DNA from: Euprymna scolopes
Taxonomy: Eukaryota
Strand: one strand, 5' to 3'
DNA: 64,000 nucleotides
NCBI GenBank assembly: GCA_053919585.1
Contig: CM132810.1
The position numbers and the translations under genes are program-made. The notes below the pieces were generated by a model that saw only the letters and a program-made list of their open reading frames with translations, was not told the origin of the DNA and ran no database searches. Positions 40,848-53,339 of this stretch are shown here, in pieces (the first letter of the stretch is position 1; each line of letters starts with the position of its first letter).

Positions 40848-41058
40848 TGACTGGTTCTTTCTGCTGGTGGCTAGACACAGCTATAGCAAGAATCAAAGGG
40901 GGGAAAATGTTCAATTTAAAGTAATCAAATTGATAACAGAAAAAAAAAGACGCCGTGTGGGGGGAAAAAACGGCGTTAATAAAAATAAGAAAATATGAGC
41001 AACAACAACAAGATGAAGAGAAAGAGAAGTCACAAAAAAGGTACCGTACAACACAAGC

Positions 41059-41782
41059 AGTATAATGGGGTAGTTATTTAAATTGCTGCCTACATCATCA
41101 ATATTTGGCACAAGGCTGGGAAACTGGGGATCTAAAGCAGGCTCCCCTTAAGGAGGGGCACTCCTGCAATTGCAACAATTGCCTGAGTAACCCAGTCGGC
41201 ATTCCCTTGCCCAACCCGAAAGCCGGGTGGCAAGGCCTGGGAGAGTGGATCTCCTGGGTATTACCTCAGTCCGACAGGTTCTGGCCGGTTCCCGGCCCCT
41301 CACCTGTTGGGCTAAGTATCAAGAACGGATCCTTTACGTGTACTACTACCTTGTCTCCCTGCAGCCGAAGCCGCTAGGAGACACATTCCATTATAAAGAA
41401 GTATACTGGGATAGTTATTTAAATTGCTGCCCACATCAGCAATATTTGGCACAAGGCCGGAAAGTGGGGATCTAAGCAGGCTCCCCTAAAGGAGGGGCAC
41501 TTCTACAATTGCAAAAATTGCTTGAGTAACCATGTCGGCACTCCCCGGTCGGGGCACATCAGACGACAAGCAATAAACTTGTCCCACCGAAAAGCCCAGT
41601 GGCAAGGCCTTGGAGGGTGGACTTCTTGGGTGATACCCAGGCGGTGTACCTCAGTCCGACAGGTGCTGGACTGGTTCCCGGTCACTCACCTGTCGGGCTG
41701 AGTGTCAAGAACGGATCCTTGACGTGTACCTCTACAGTCGAAGCCGCTAGGAGACACATCCCATCATACAGAAGTATAATGG
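41059..41782. repeat. Tandem dimer of a GC-rich, highly structured 341/373-bp unit
   Basis: Units start with agtata(a/c)tgg at 41059 and 41400, and the motif recurs at 41773. Many hairpins are shared by both copies. Confidence 0.85.
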
Positions 41783-41991
41783 AGTATGATCCCGCACAGT
41801 TGGGAAATTCTATTTATAAACGATGCTGCTAGGAACTGACGAATCAAATTAATTCACGTTCTGCTACCAACAAATCAGAAACCAGAATTGCTCTATAAAT
41901 ATTAAAATTTTCTGTAGCAATTTCGCATATGTTTTCTTCGTGTCAACACGGGAAGAATCTTTTGCTCTGTGGATTCCAACTCGAGAACTGC

Positions 41992-42330
41992 CTACTGCGA
42001 ATCAGTCACCTCCTAGGACTTGTGTAGAGCAACGAACCACTGGAAACTGTTCTGTCTACTGCGAACCAGTCACCTCCCAGGACTTGTGTAGAACAACGAA
42101 CTATCGGGAACTGTTCTGAAACTACACATGGCTTACACTTCTAGAAGCGTCACACACACTACATCAGACACAAGGCAAAAGAATTGACAGTACTCGAAAC
42201 CGGAACAAGGGTACGGATAAGAGATCCAAATGGTTAGGGCATAGAAGACATTGTCATCAATGCTACTTAAATCCCCCGCTTCTACCTCTTACAAACTAGT
42301 GAAAAAGTCATCTCAAACAACAATTTCAAA
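41992..42330 (+). mobile_element. LTR-like segment with a ~65-bp tandem duplication, followed by a Gypsy integrase C-terminal remnant
   Basis: ctactgcgaa..cagtcacctcc.aggacttgtgtaga occurs twice. Downstream frames read HKAKELTVLETGTRVRIRD and PRFYLLQT. Confidence 0.45.
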
Positions 42331-42706
42331 AATAAAAGAACGGATAAAAATACGAAAATATAATCGCCCAAAAAGAAGTATATGACAACCTCCCAACCAT
42401 ATATTTAGTCTTGATCTAAAAACCAACAAAAGTCTTATCGTATTCTTTTCCTATTATTTCTTTCATTTCAGCTTCTTTTATTTTATCTAATTGCACAATT
42501 CCTAAATAGGTATATCCTCTCTTATCATTTCCACATTCAAAAGTTTGATTTCTTAACTTTCAACAAATTTCCACTTCTCAATTTTAATTGTTTTTGACCT
42601 TTCCCCTTGTTCATACATTTTGGTTTTGCTGAAACTTATTTTCTTTTCATTAACAAATCTTCAGCCACAAAGCAATTTCATTGTGTTCCTTTTTAACGTT
42701 CCAAAT

Positions 42707-43403
42707 ATTAGGTTGACGAGAAAGTTCTTGCGAAATTTTAAATTTTGATTTCAAATTATATGTTTTCAAATAAATTTGCGTTATGATACCTTTATTTTAT
42801 ATATAATTTTAAAAAGTGTTTTCAGTTCTATCTAATCGTTAAAATAATTATGTCTTCTTTTCGGTACGTTGATTACAAGATTGAAAAAAAGCAAATTCGC
42901 ATAATTTTCATATTTCAAAAAACTGAAAAAGTTCGCGATATCAATAAACCGTGTGGCCCAGGAACAACTATGATCTAAGAAACTTCGTGATGGCAATGAG
43001 AGTCGAAGATGATGAGCGTAGTAGTCGGCTATCTGATGTTGATAACAATCAATTAAGAGACTTAGTCGAAGCCAATCCACACAGAACTGTTTGAGAACTT
43101 ACTTCTGAATTAGGCGTAACGTATACGACGATTTTCAACCACTTGAGAGAAATTAGAAAGATAAAATCTTGATAAATGGGTGCCTTATGAATTAAATGAC
43201 AACCAAAAGAAACGCCGTTATGAAGTGTCATCTTCCCTTCTCTTATGCAACAAGAACGACCCGTTTCTCGACCAGGTTGTGATTTGCAATGAAAAATGGG
43301 TTCTTTATAATAACTAGCGATGCTCAGCTCAGATGCCGATGAAGCTCCACGACACTTCCCGAAGCCAGAATTGCACTAAAAGAAGGTTATGCTGACTGTT
43401 TGT
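42707..43403 (+). mobile_element. Truncated degenerate mariner
   Basis: TIR-like tattaggttgacgagaaagttcttgcg, with frames KWVPYEL, VICNEKWVLYNN and KKVMLTV. Confidence 0.8.
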
Positions 43404-43702
43404 CCTTATTCAGATTGGTTGTTATTTTTTTACGTTGGGGATAATGTATAATAACCAGGAGGGGAACGGAAGTTCAAATAAAAAATCTAAATTATCAATT
43501 CTTATTTAAAACAATCTGAAACATAATATCAGTCTTGTGTAAACGTTTTATGAGAAATACATACCAAATAAGTAAAAAAGTGTGGAAATAACTACAATCT
43601 CTTTACAACCATTTTACGAAATGAGCAAGTTTTACATCTGAAGTGCGCATGTATTTGTTAGCTACGAATAGTTAAAGCAATCTGCAACTTTGTGATACTT
43701 AC

Positions 43703-43929
43703 CGCGGTAAGATCCGGGGACATTAAGGAAAGGATTATGATTTAAAGTACTGAAGAAAACCTCTTCCGGGTGGGTTGAAAGTCGAGCCCATTCCACAAAA
43801 TCTAGGGCTCTTTTGTCGTTCATTACAAACTCAATATAACCTCTACACGCGATTATATGTGTGGCTCCCTTAACAAGGACCAAATTGTGCGGAGGTTTTC
43901 CAGAATTCTTCCACCGATCTTTGTTTATA
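43703..43929 (-). CDS. GCNT-like coding exon 2
   Basis: Acceptor ttttatctacag| is phase-2 compatible (CA+T = His). Encodes INKDRW...PPHNLVLVKGATHIIACRGY...THPEEVFFSTLNHNPFLNVPGSYR. Phase-1 donor G|GTAAGT at 43702. Confidence 0.92.
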
Positions 43930-44817
43930 CTGTAGATAAAAATAAAATAAAAATCATTTAGTTCACTCCCTGCGCAATTTTTATTTGTAATTTTAATGCC
44001 AAGATATGTAAACGCATCGACAATGAGATAAGCCCAATTTATGAAGAGATATGTATTAATAGTTAATGTTTCTGTGTACATAGAGTATATTATCTATTTA
44101 AAAATGTATGTATCAATTATTGTGCCAAATGTTCGTTTATATTGTTATGTGTATCTGTTTGGTTATGTTGCTATGTGTATCTGTTTGCTCGCCAGGCGAC
44201 TTTATATCAAACCCCACCAGCAACTAACAGAAGTAATATTTGTATACAAGACGACAACATTTTCTAAAATTACTTTAATTAAAAAAGTTTTAGATAAGAT
44301 AGGAATAGATGGAAATTGTAGCACTGAAAATTGTAAGAACTATTTGGAAAGTTTCGATCAAGAATTGTGAATATGGACGAACCAAAAAATGCAATATTAT
44401 CCATGTAGGAAATTTAGAAGTGTTACCTAATAATAATCTCTTTTATTAACGTTTGCATAGAACGTTGAAAAAGATTTTACTTTATACCTAACATATCGCT
44501 TGGCTGAAATTTTCGAAATACAATACTTACTTCTTCATTATCACCAATGTGTATGATTTGGTGGGTAGAGGAGTGTTTACGAAAAGATTTAAATGACTAA
44601 ATATTCTAGTATATGTTTGGGACAAGGTACCGAAGAAAATAAGAATTTATCAATTCACATAAGTTAGAAAGGATCCAGGAAAATATAATATTATTGTGTT
44701 GTCTACGAATAGGCAAAACTGTTGAAAGCGGAAATTGCAGTTGGGATTAGGTATGACATGAGTGTCAACAATATCTGTCCGAATTAACTAGTGCATGCGA
44801 AAATTCGAATGAAACTA

Positions 44818-45010
44818 TGTTCAGTCTGCCTGCTTCCCACCTGACAACTACTTGGATGTCTTCAAGTCCAACGTTAACAAATTCCTAATGAACCGCTCTC
44901 TTAAGTAAACACTTCATTAAATCTCCACACTAACATAATGTACTTGCAATAACCCTTGTTCCTGAGTGACTTCCGGGCTTTGATAAGTGGTGACCACCGT
45001 GTAAAAAAAA
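44818..45010 (+). mobile_element. Short CR1 3'-tail insertion with TSD
   Basis: TSD aatgaaacta (44808-44817) / aatgaagcta (45011-45020) and poly(A). Near-identical to 59707-59889. Confidence 0.8.
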
Positions 45011-45150
45011 AATGAAGCTAGAAGTAGCCTTCATGTGTATTGGCCATGACGAAAGAATTTTCTTGGGCGAAACCAGATAACCTCATTTTATAAGAACATT
45101 TATAAAAATAATTGCGCATAGCCATTTTGTCAGTTTGAGCTGAAAGAGTA

Positions 45151-45230
45151 ATCATGCAGGCTGTGAAGCAACCACTCTTTCTCATCGCATATCATGCAGG
45201 CTGTGAAGCAACCACTCTTTCTCATCGCAT
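45151..45230. repeat. Perfect 40-bp tandem duplication
   Basis: atcatgcaggctgtgaagcaaccactctttctcatcgcat occurs twice. Confidence 0.95.
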
Positions 45231-46049
45231 AATACAGCCTTTAATCAGAATATACGCCTTTTCATGTTAAAAAAGCATGTTGGAAAAGTCGCAAATTACA
45301 TTTACTGGAGATTTACACCCAGCATCCAGAAAACCATATACATTACCTCTCATTCCACGAAGAAAACCCAAGTATCTTGTAAATACGAGAATATATGTTT
45401 ATAAGAAATATAGACAGGAACTTTGTTGCGTTTCCTAGATGTTGTGTGGACTCGGTTGATTTCATGTTTTTTTTTTCATATAAACATCCTCATCCAATGA
45501 ATGCTTCCCAAAAAGGGCCACAACACACTTCATTACAAAGTAAATCACAATTTGAAGATAGTTTGTTGCCTCGATGAATAAAAGGCGAAGAGCATCAATT
45601 TACTGTACCCGTTTCTGCCAACAACACAACAACGAAGGCGGCATATAAGCACACTAGGATAATGCGTATAAAATGGCATGTAGGTTGATGCGGACGACAA
45701 AAATTATATCTGTTATTCTTAATTATTTTTCCTAAATGACTATTTTATGGTTACATCGGAAAAGTAAATGGAAAATGAAACTCAGCGAAGATTTTTGAAT
45801 GCAACCTAAAATGGAAACGATATCTCATAAAAATGTTTATAGACTTAGATCTCAAACGGCAAGACATATATTTAATCTGTGTTCCGTCTGGAGTCTTTTT
45901 CTGTTAATATGATGCAATTTTCTCTGAGAATATTTTGTCTCTCAGCTTCTTTTTCTTCATTACTTCTAGTAGCTGTAATGGCGGAATAGTTTAAAAACAA
46001 TAAATACAACAGTATATTCTTCTGGAGTTTAGTTTATGTTATCTCAGCA

Positions 46050-46307
46050 ATTAAGAACAATATGCGACGAACAGTGTTAAATATATCTTGGCAAGCTCAT
46101 CTCACGAAGCAGCAACTTTATGGCAACGATTTACCGGTCATTGCCAGAGGAGCAAGCAAGAGCTGGCGATAAATGTATTGCTATGAACTCCACGGCAAGG
46201 GCGCACGAGCATAGGACGACCTTGATTCACGTATATCCAGCAAATTGCACATGATGCCAACTGTGATTCTGAGGATTCAAGACAACTGATGGAAGACAGG
46301 AAAATCT

Positions 46308-46395
<88 letters not shown>
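46050..46395 (+). mobile_element. RTE-like LINE 3' fragment ending at (GA)n
   Basis: Reads SWQAHLTKQQLYG and VLL*TPRQGRTSIGRP..TYIQQI; (GA)n at 46308-46395. Confidence 0.6.
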
Positions 46396-46398
<3 letters not shown>

Positions 46399-48654
46399 CA
46401 TTGGTCCAGACAAGGACCCGGACCAGATAATAGATACAGCAAGATACATCTTGATAGTCTGTAATTTCCGATCCACCCTATAGAGGTAGTCGACCTTAAA
46501 AAAAGATATCTATTCACTTTGTAGTCGTAAACTCAAAAGAAAGCACAGTTGATCTCACTTCTCTGCCACATATTTCATCTCATGACGTAACGCAATCGAA
46601 ACTTTAACCGGTTAACTTTTAATGGAATTTCCCTCGACCTTTACCATATGTTTCTTTCTCCTTGTTTGAAAAACTACTGCTTTCAACATTAATTTTAAAC
46701 ACCTGTTTTTAATATTGTTCCAAAAAAAGAAGGGTTTGTCATGGGGACTTAACCATGCACTCATAATGGACTCTTCTAACCATTATAAAAACCTAGAGAA
46801 TTAATATTCTGGTAGGGGAATATCACGATCTAATGTGGACTACAGATTTTCTGACTCAATAGTTGGTAAATACCGACACTTTTCTTTGTATTCACTTTCT
46901 TGTACAATATATTCTTTACTACTTAACCCTGTTGCTCGTAAATTTGTTGTGACTATTTCCTAGGTCTAGAACAACTGGCGACAAACATTCGGGAACGCAC
47001 ATTGAAAAGTCGAATTTAAAATATTCCAGTGTTTCACAACAACTGGCGACAAGATATTCTAACCAACAATGTGGTATTCAAAACGGCTTGCAACGAAGTA
47101 TTCGGATGAACAGATAATATTTGAATATACAAAACAAACAGCAACAAAGAAGTCAAAGGAAACCTTACTAATATATGAACTGTTGAGCATTAAGTCATTA
47201 AGTTTAAATCTGGTAGAATCGACATTAATAATGAACTCATAGATCGATTGAAACTTGTTCTTAAAGGTAATAAAGAAGTAGTTGTCAATAATCCAGAAAC
47301 ACTGGTCATAGAACTTGTTCAAAACTTTAGTGTTAAAACACTGACTCTATCAGGTTATCTCAAAAGTTATGCAAGATAAATAAACTGGACAAGAGATTCA
47401 TGCTTGATCTGTGTCGCTTTCTAGTTTTTTATTTTTGTTTTTGTCACATACCTTTTCGGTATATTTGATATGAATCATTCTAGCATTTGTGGTATTCCTC
47501 CGATATTTCACGAACATAGTACAGCTTTTTAATACATTCTCAGGTTTACATAAACAAGAATAATTTGATAGTAGAATAAATTATTAGTGCATTTGTAGTA
47601 GTCACACATTTATTATTTTGTTTGGTTGTAAAAAGAGAAGTAACCCGCTGGTTGATAAGCCATTAACTAATCAGAGGTCCGCGTGTAGGAACACAAGAAT
47701 TGTTGTGTTACTTCTTATATCACCCACGCAAGCTTGTTTCTTGCTTAGGCATTTTAAGTTAAGACACCATTTGAGCAAGACATATTTAATGGACTTCCCA
47801 ATATCTCAACATTTATTTTAAAAAAAGGTGTGAACGCGTATATTTCTCTTGATAATGACATTTAATTTAGTTTTGTATGGATCGAATTTCGCATTGTTTT
47901 GATATTACCTTCCTCGCCCCTACAAAACTTGGCGACTTCGACGTGATAGAACACACAACCTTCTCAGACTAACACCAATGAGGACACGTATTTTACTGAG
48001 GATTTGTAATGGATGAATATTGTGAAACGTCGCTTTAGAAATAACGCGTATGATGAATGCATGCGTTTGTATTGATATTTAAATGTCACTGTTTACGAAT
48101 ATTTTGTCACTCAAGCTTGGTCATTATCTATGCATAATACACTTTCTTGTGATGACAAATAAGCCAAAAGGGGTTATTCCTTCCTTCTTTCGTTTATTTT
48201 TTTTTAACTTTATTTTGCGACTTTATTATGAAGTTACTTTTAAGTTTCTAACTATAAAACAATTATCAGTGCAAACATGCTCCACTGTGAGGCTTTGCTA
48301 TTAAATGTGATTCTTACTTGAAATCCTTGTATGAATGAATATATTGGAGGAGAAATCGATTTGCATTCATGAAATAGAGAAAATAAACAATAAAACAATT
48401 CTTGGGTTCAAATATTAAACGGATTTTGATTGAATATTTATTTTTAACACTTTGGAATATTATCGATTAAGAGTTATATATTTAAATCATAACACATTCC
48501 TTTTAAAAAATTAATATACACCCTCTACACTCTGTGTCGAAAATGACAGAAAAAATTATGCATTAATAGTGTTTGCATGCACTATCTATCAAGATATATT
48601 ACGAAAATATCAATATGAAACCATAGAATTAAGCCAATAATTTATTTTTCCTTG

Positions 48655-48898
48655 TCTATATAGTAATACCATAGCGTGTGTTATTTTCTGTGTCACGCTT
48701 ACATCCGGGTCGTTTAATTATTATTTACTTCCATTTCTTGTCATAAATAATTTTACCAAGAATTCTTCATAAGCTTTGGTTCCGGTTTCGATTATAGCTG
48801 ATGGCACTCCAGTAATCTTATTTTTTTATATATATAATTTTATCAAGAATTCTTCATAATTTTTGGTTTCGGTTTCGATTATGCTGAAGGAACTTAAG

Positions 48899-48900
<2 letters not shown>
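48655..48900 (+). mobile_element. Helitron family-2 5' half
   Basis: Starts TCTATATAGTAATACCATAGCGTG and aligns with the reverse complement of 34157-34410. Confidence 0.65.
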
Positions 48901-48968
<68 letters not shown>

Positions 48969-49420
48969 CTTGAGTTCCTTCAGCATAATCGAAACCGAAA
49001 CAAAAATTATGAAGAATTCTTGATAAAATTATTGAATCACAGTTACCTTCCTAGGGAAGCAAATAACTCTATAATACTATAAAACAGAACATACATTCTT
49101 CAAACCAATAAAAGAAAACACACACACGCACACACACACACATCCTACCCCATGTACCCAGTTGACCAAGTACCAACGCCCCCCTCAACCCCACTCAAGT
49201 AAGAGTAAAAAAGGAAATAAATGAAAAAAAAACAAAGAAAGATAAACAGAAACACAAGCAAGAGGACGCTTCACAGAACGTCTGAAACGCGTTAAAAACA
49301 ATTTCAATGATTTAAAAACATTATTACAATGATCTAAACATAATTTTCAATGAAACACCAAGACACGGAATAATAAAATAATGTTAAAAAATACACATTG
49401 TTGGTGACCACCCCCTTATA

Positions 49421-49507
<87 letters not shown>

Positions 49508-49635
49508 CTTCATTTACTCACATAAAATTAATATACGAAAGTATAGATTTATGCGTAAACTTTAAGTATTTACTTCAAAATGCTCAATACGTAGGTAGAA
49601 CTAGTTAATAATTTATAAAATATATATGGCGATTA

Positions 49636-49678
49636 AGCTACACTGAATATTCGGCGTTTAATCCTCTAGGCTTCGTCA

Positions 49679-49683
<5 letters not shown>
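49636..49683 (-). ncRNA. Degenerate hammerhead motif (GAAA to TAAA) beside (TA)n
   Basis: gc-CTGACGA-agcctagaggat-TAAA-CGCC GAATATTC AGTG-T-A-gc; paralog of 1535-1583. Confidence 0.5.
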
Positions 49684-49753
<70 letters not shown>

Positions 49754-50224
49754 AATCGTGTACACATGTTTCCACCGGAGGGGATTTAAAATTTAAAAAT
49801 CTATTAAAAATAGTAGAGAAAGTTTTATATTATTGTGCTTTTGATATGATAAAATTCAGGTTTTTATCTTTCTGGAAAAAAGTTGCGCAAGAATAATGGA
49901 TTTTAATAGATTTTACTTCGTTTAAAAAATGCAAAGTTTTTCTACCATTTTTGGTCGTTCCTAGTTGAAAGGGAACAATCGCCACTCACATAAAGAAATA
50001 AGAATGAAAGAAAACATGGCAGGCTAGAAAATTAAAAATAGTAAAGAAAACGTATAAATTGGTATAGAAACGGAAAGAAAACGTTAAGGAGATAAATTTG
50101 TATCTTTCCTCACTTCGTTCGTCGGGTAGACTTTTGTGTAGCAGGACGAATATATTGTGACGCGATCACGGGACATTGTAGAAGATTTTCTCTTCCGTGC
50201 AACCTCTTTCTCACAGAAGAGACG

Positions 50225-50507
50225 TTACAGTAGTTAATGGGACAATATCGTAGTAATCGTTAGTAGTGGAAATTTGGTAAATTAGATTACCTAAGGGGGA
50301 CGGCTCATCAAGAACTTGTTTACGTTGGACTTGAAGACGACAATATTGTGGTCAGCTGGAAATAAAGCAGGCAAAGCTGACTACAATATGGTCGTCTTTA
50401 AGTCCAACGTAAACAAGTTCTTGATGAGCCGTCCCCCATGGGTAATCCAATTTACCAAATTTCTACTACTAACGATTATTACGATATTGTCCCATTGACT
50501 ACTGTAA
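50225..50507. repeat. 133-bp inverted repeat (17-nt spacer) inside a CR1 3' fragment (about 50190-50582)
   Basis: Arms at 50225-50357 and 50375-50507. The right arm continues into the CR1 end gggccttgataagtggtg plus poly(A). Confidence 0.92.
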
Positions 50508-51159
50508 ACTTTTTAACCATTATCCTCGAGAGGCCTCTGGGCCTTGATAAGTGGTGACTCCTATGTAAAAAATAAAAAAAAGATACCGACTTCCTGACCT
50601 ACAGTGTACCAAACATTGTTGTTGTTGTTTTTTTTCTTTTCTCTTCATAAAACAAAACAACCAAACTAAACTCCATTAATAAATATTTGAAGATATAAAA
50701 AATTTCAAACATCCAAACTTTTAAAAACATTACTGGATTCGGCATTATATAACCAAAAACAGGTCGATATGTCGTAAAACAAAGCAACCAAACCAATGCA
50801 ACGAATAACTGATTAAAAAACTGTTTACTCTCGGTTTTGCCTTACTAAACAACGAAAATATATTTTCATATTGAATAAAAATAATATCAAGTTATTTTTA
50901 AAATTGAGTTCGATTGGTGATTTCACCCAAGAAAGAGCGCAGCAATTCCAGTATTCCCATGCAGAACAACGAGGTCGATACAAGCTTTAACTATATTTCA
51001 TTCACTTATACCAATGGATATTCATATCCTTAACTAGGAGTCTCTTCTGACAGAAAAAAAAAACGCTCTGATCAATCAGGATTTTTATTGCGTACAGTTT
51101 CACTAAATTCTAAGCAGCAACTAACATTTACCTTCAAATTTGGCAATTCGTCACACGAT

Positions 51160-51613
51160 CAAGTTCCTCAATCAATTTTCCATATAGGGTCACTGATAAC
51201 GGACAGGTCACAAATGCTATTTATATCTAACAACATATCATAACTAGCAAATTATATATCTACTTTTTATGTCAAACAACAGCTAACCCAAAGGTCATAA
51301 CATGGTAACTATACATAGCAACAGTCCTTAAATAACAAATGATATGTCTACTTTTTATATGAGTCAACTGCTAAGCCAAAAGTCATAACATGCTAATTAT
51401 ACTTAATAACAGACTCTGACTGACAAATTATATATACATCTTTCCATATAAGGTCATAGATAATCCAAACCGTATACCATGCCAATTAAACCTAATAACA
51501 GAGTCCAACTCGCAAATCATATATCAGCTCCCATGTTGGATAATAGATAACCAAACAGCATACCATACCAATTATACCTAATAACAGGTCCTAAATGGCA
51601 AACCGTATATCTA
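51160..51613. repeat. Degenerate ~88-bp minisatellite, about 5 copies
   Basis: caaa..atatatc restarts at 51248, 51336, 51424, 51513 and 51599. Confidence 0.75.
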
Positions 51614-52253
51614 TACTTACCTTTAAAAGCTTAGTACTAGCAAGTAATATTTAAAAGTTACATTTTTCGCCTTCGTCCCACAATAGATAAGGAGATTCAT
51701 TTTATTCTACAGAACTATTCAAAGTAAATATGTATTCATCAACAATAAAAACATGTTTAAATACAAACAAATAATAACAATTTTTTAATACTAATACCGT
51801 ATCAGACGCAAGGTTGATCGACGGTTTTTGTATAACGCTTTACGAAATTTAACGAACACATACAAGCTTTACGAAATTTTACTAGACGTTGAAAGAAATA
51901 AAGACAGGTATTGTCATTCCTGATTAATATGCAAACCTGTCTGTTAAGGACCACCAAGAAAAGGTATAGTTTTGTTCTTGTTACATTATAATCATTTTAT
52001 GGCACAAACGTTACATATGGCTGTATTTGCGAACATGTCCTCATTGCAGAATTGTTCTATTATAATATTTGAAAAGTTTTCTCACTGAAATTCATAATGG
52101 GTGCTATTTACGTTTAGTTTAATTACAATGCATGTTTCGTCAATTTCTGTAAAACGATTTCTAGTCGTTAACTTCAGTAATGCGTTCTACAGAAATAGTC
52201 GATCAGCTTTGGTTTCTACACTGCATTAGTATCTTTAATTCTCTTATACGTAC

Positions 52254-52945
52254 TGTTTTATGGTCCCTTCAATATCATTGGCTCCATTATAAGCCTTAAG
52301 GATCTTCACCAATTCCCAGTTAGCCTTAAGCGGGAATTCTTGACCAGTCAAATTAATTAAATACTTCCATTTGTACTTTAGTAGATCTCGCATACATACT
52401 AGCTCCGCGTCTAACACATTGTGCCCCCAAATGACGTTGACTCGTTGAGAAGCCATGAAGACATTGGGAAAACACGAAGAGATCTTCTTGACCGAGCTGA
52501 AAGGCCGAGTGAAAGTTTTTAAATCAACATGAATACAATAGATGTTCTGGGGCCTGTAAATAGCACGGAGTAACCTTTCAAATTGTTCGGGGCGTTTAAA
52601 CATTAGAATTGAAAAAGCAATGGGGAATTCTTCTTCTTCTTTGGTCAAAGAGCTTGTGATGTAGCCATTCTTTTTGATGAGGTCGTCGCATGAAAATAAT
52701 TTGGAAATATTGACAGGGAGAGATTCGACAACTTGTTCATTGTGTTCCATCTGTGACCGGATATCGAGTAGTGTTTCCTCCTCATTATAGAACAGTCCTA
52801 GACAATCGATGCTCTTCACTTTTCGTTTTGGTCGGAGATTAAATGTTTGGTGATCATTCCTCATTTTGTTTCGGATGAAGCAGCACGATAAAGAGACGAT
52901 AACCAAGAGGATGACATATTTTATTATGGCGCAAAGTCGATACAT
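52254..52945 (-). CDS. GT14 beta-1,6-N-acetylglucosaminyltransferase (core-2/I-branching, GCNT-like), coding exon 1
   Basis: ATG at 52945 (MYRLCAIIKYVILLVIVSLSCCF, a type II signal anchor). GT14 motifs EEEFPIAFSIL, ERLLRAIYRPQNIYCIHVD and WKYLINLTGQEFPL. Phase-2 donor CA|GTACGT at 52253. A pyrimidine tract plus AG just upstream (about 52957) suggests an upstream non-coding exon. Confidence 0.92.
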
Positions 52946-53339
52946 TGAGATGTCTCCTTGAAAATAAAAACAAAAACACATATTAAACTATATTTAACAG
53001 TATATTCTTATATCGATTGCTGTCATTTTCGCAACATTTCGATCGTTTCAATCTTGAACTTTCTTGGAATAAAAACAATTTAATCTAATTGGACTTAATA
53101 AACAGTTCTAGTCCGAAATTCATAGAATGTCATCGACTGTGAAATAAAAACACGTGAAGAAATCCGAAAAGTTTAATAACTGAAACGTTGTGAAGACGAC
53201 AACAATCATGATAAGGATAACAGATCGAATATGCAAATAATGTAAGCTCTATTTCAATATATGCCAATTCAATAAATTAAGATATAACATTTTGATTTTT
53301 AAATTTGTCCATAAATCCATGTGAGAAACTCTTTTATTT

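Noticed and set aside
41340-41395. HDV-like ribozyme (minus GTC-TCCTAGC-GGC resembles P3/L3)
   Set aside because: No matching P1 5' strand or P1.1 GG was found, and GTCTCC pairs better with GGAGAC in a simple hairpin.
43930-44081. 5' extension of ORF 43662-44081 (and 52946-52981) as coding sequence
   Set aside because: These lie upstream of the splice acceptor or start codon and show no GT14 similarity; intronic or UTR read-through.
46450-47400. LTR/PBS-like remnant (acaacTGGCGAC twice), and a possible solo LTR at 56460-56962
   Set aside because: No clear TSD, paired LTR or coding motifs.
51160-51613. CRISPR-like regular spacing
   Set aside because: Whole units are homologous with no unique spacers, and the context is eukaryotic with no cas genes.
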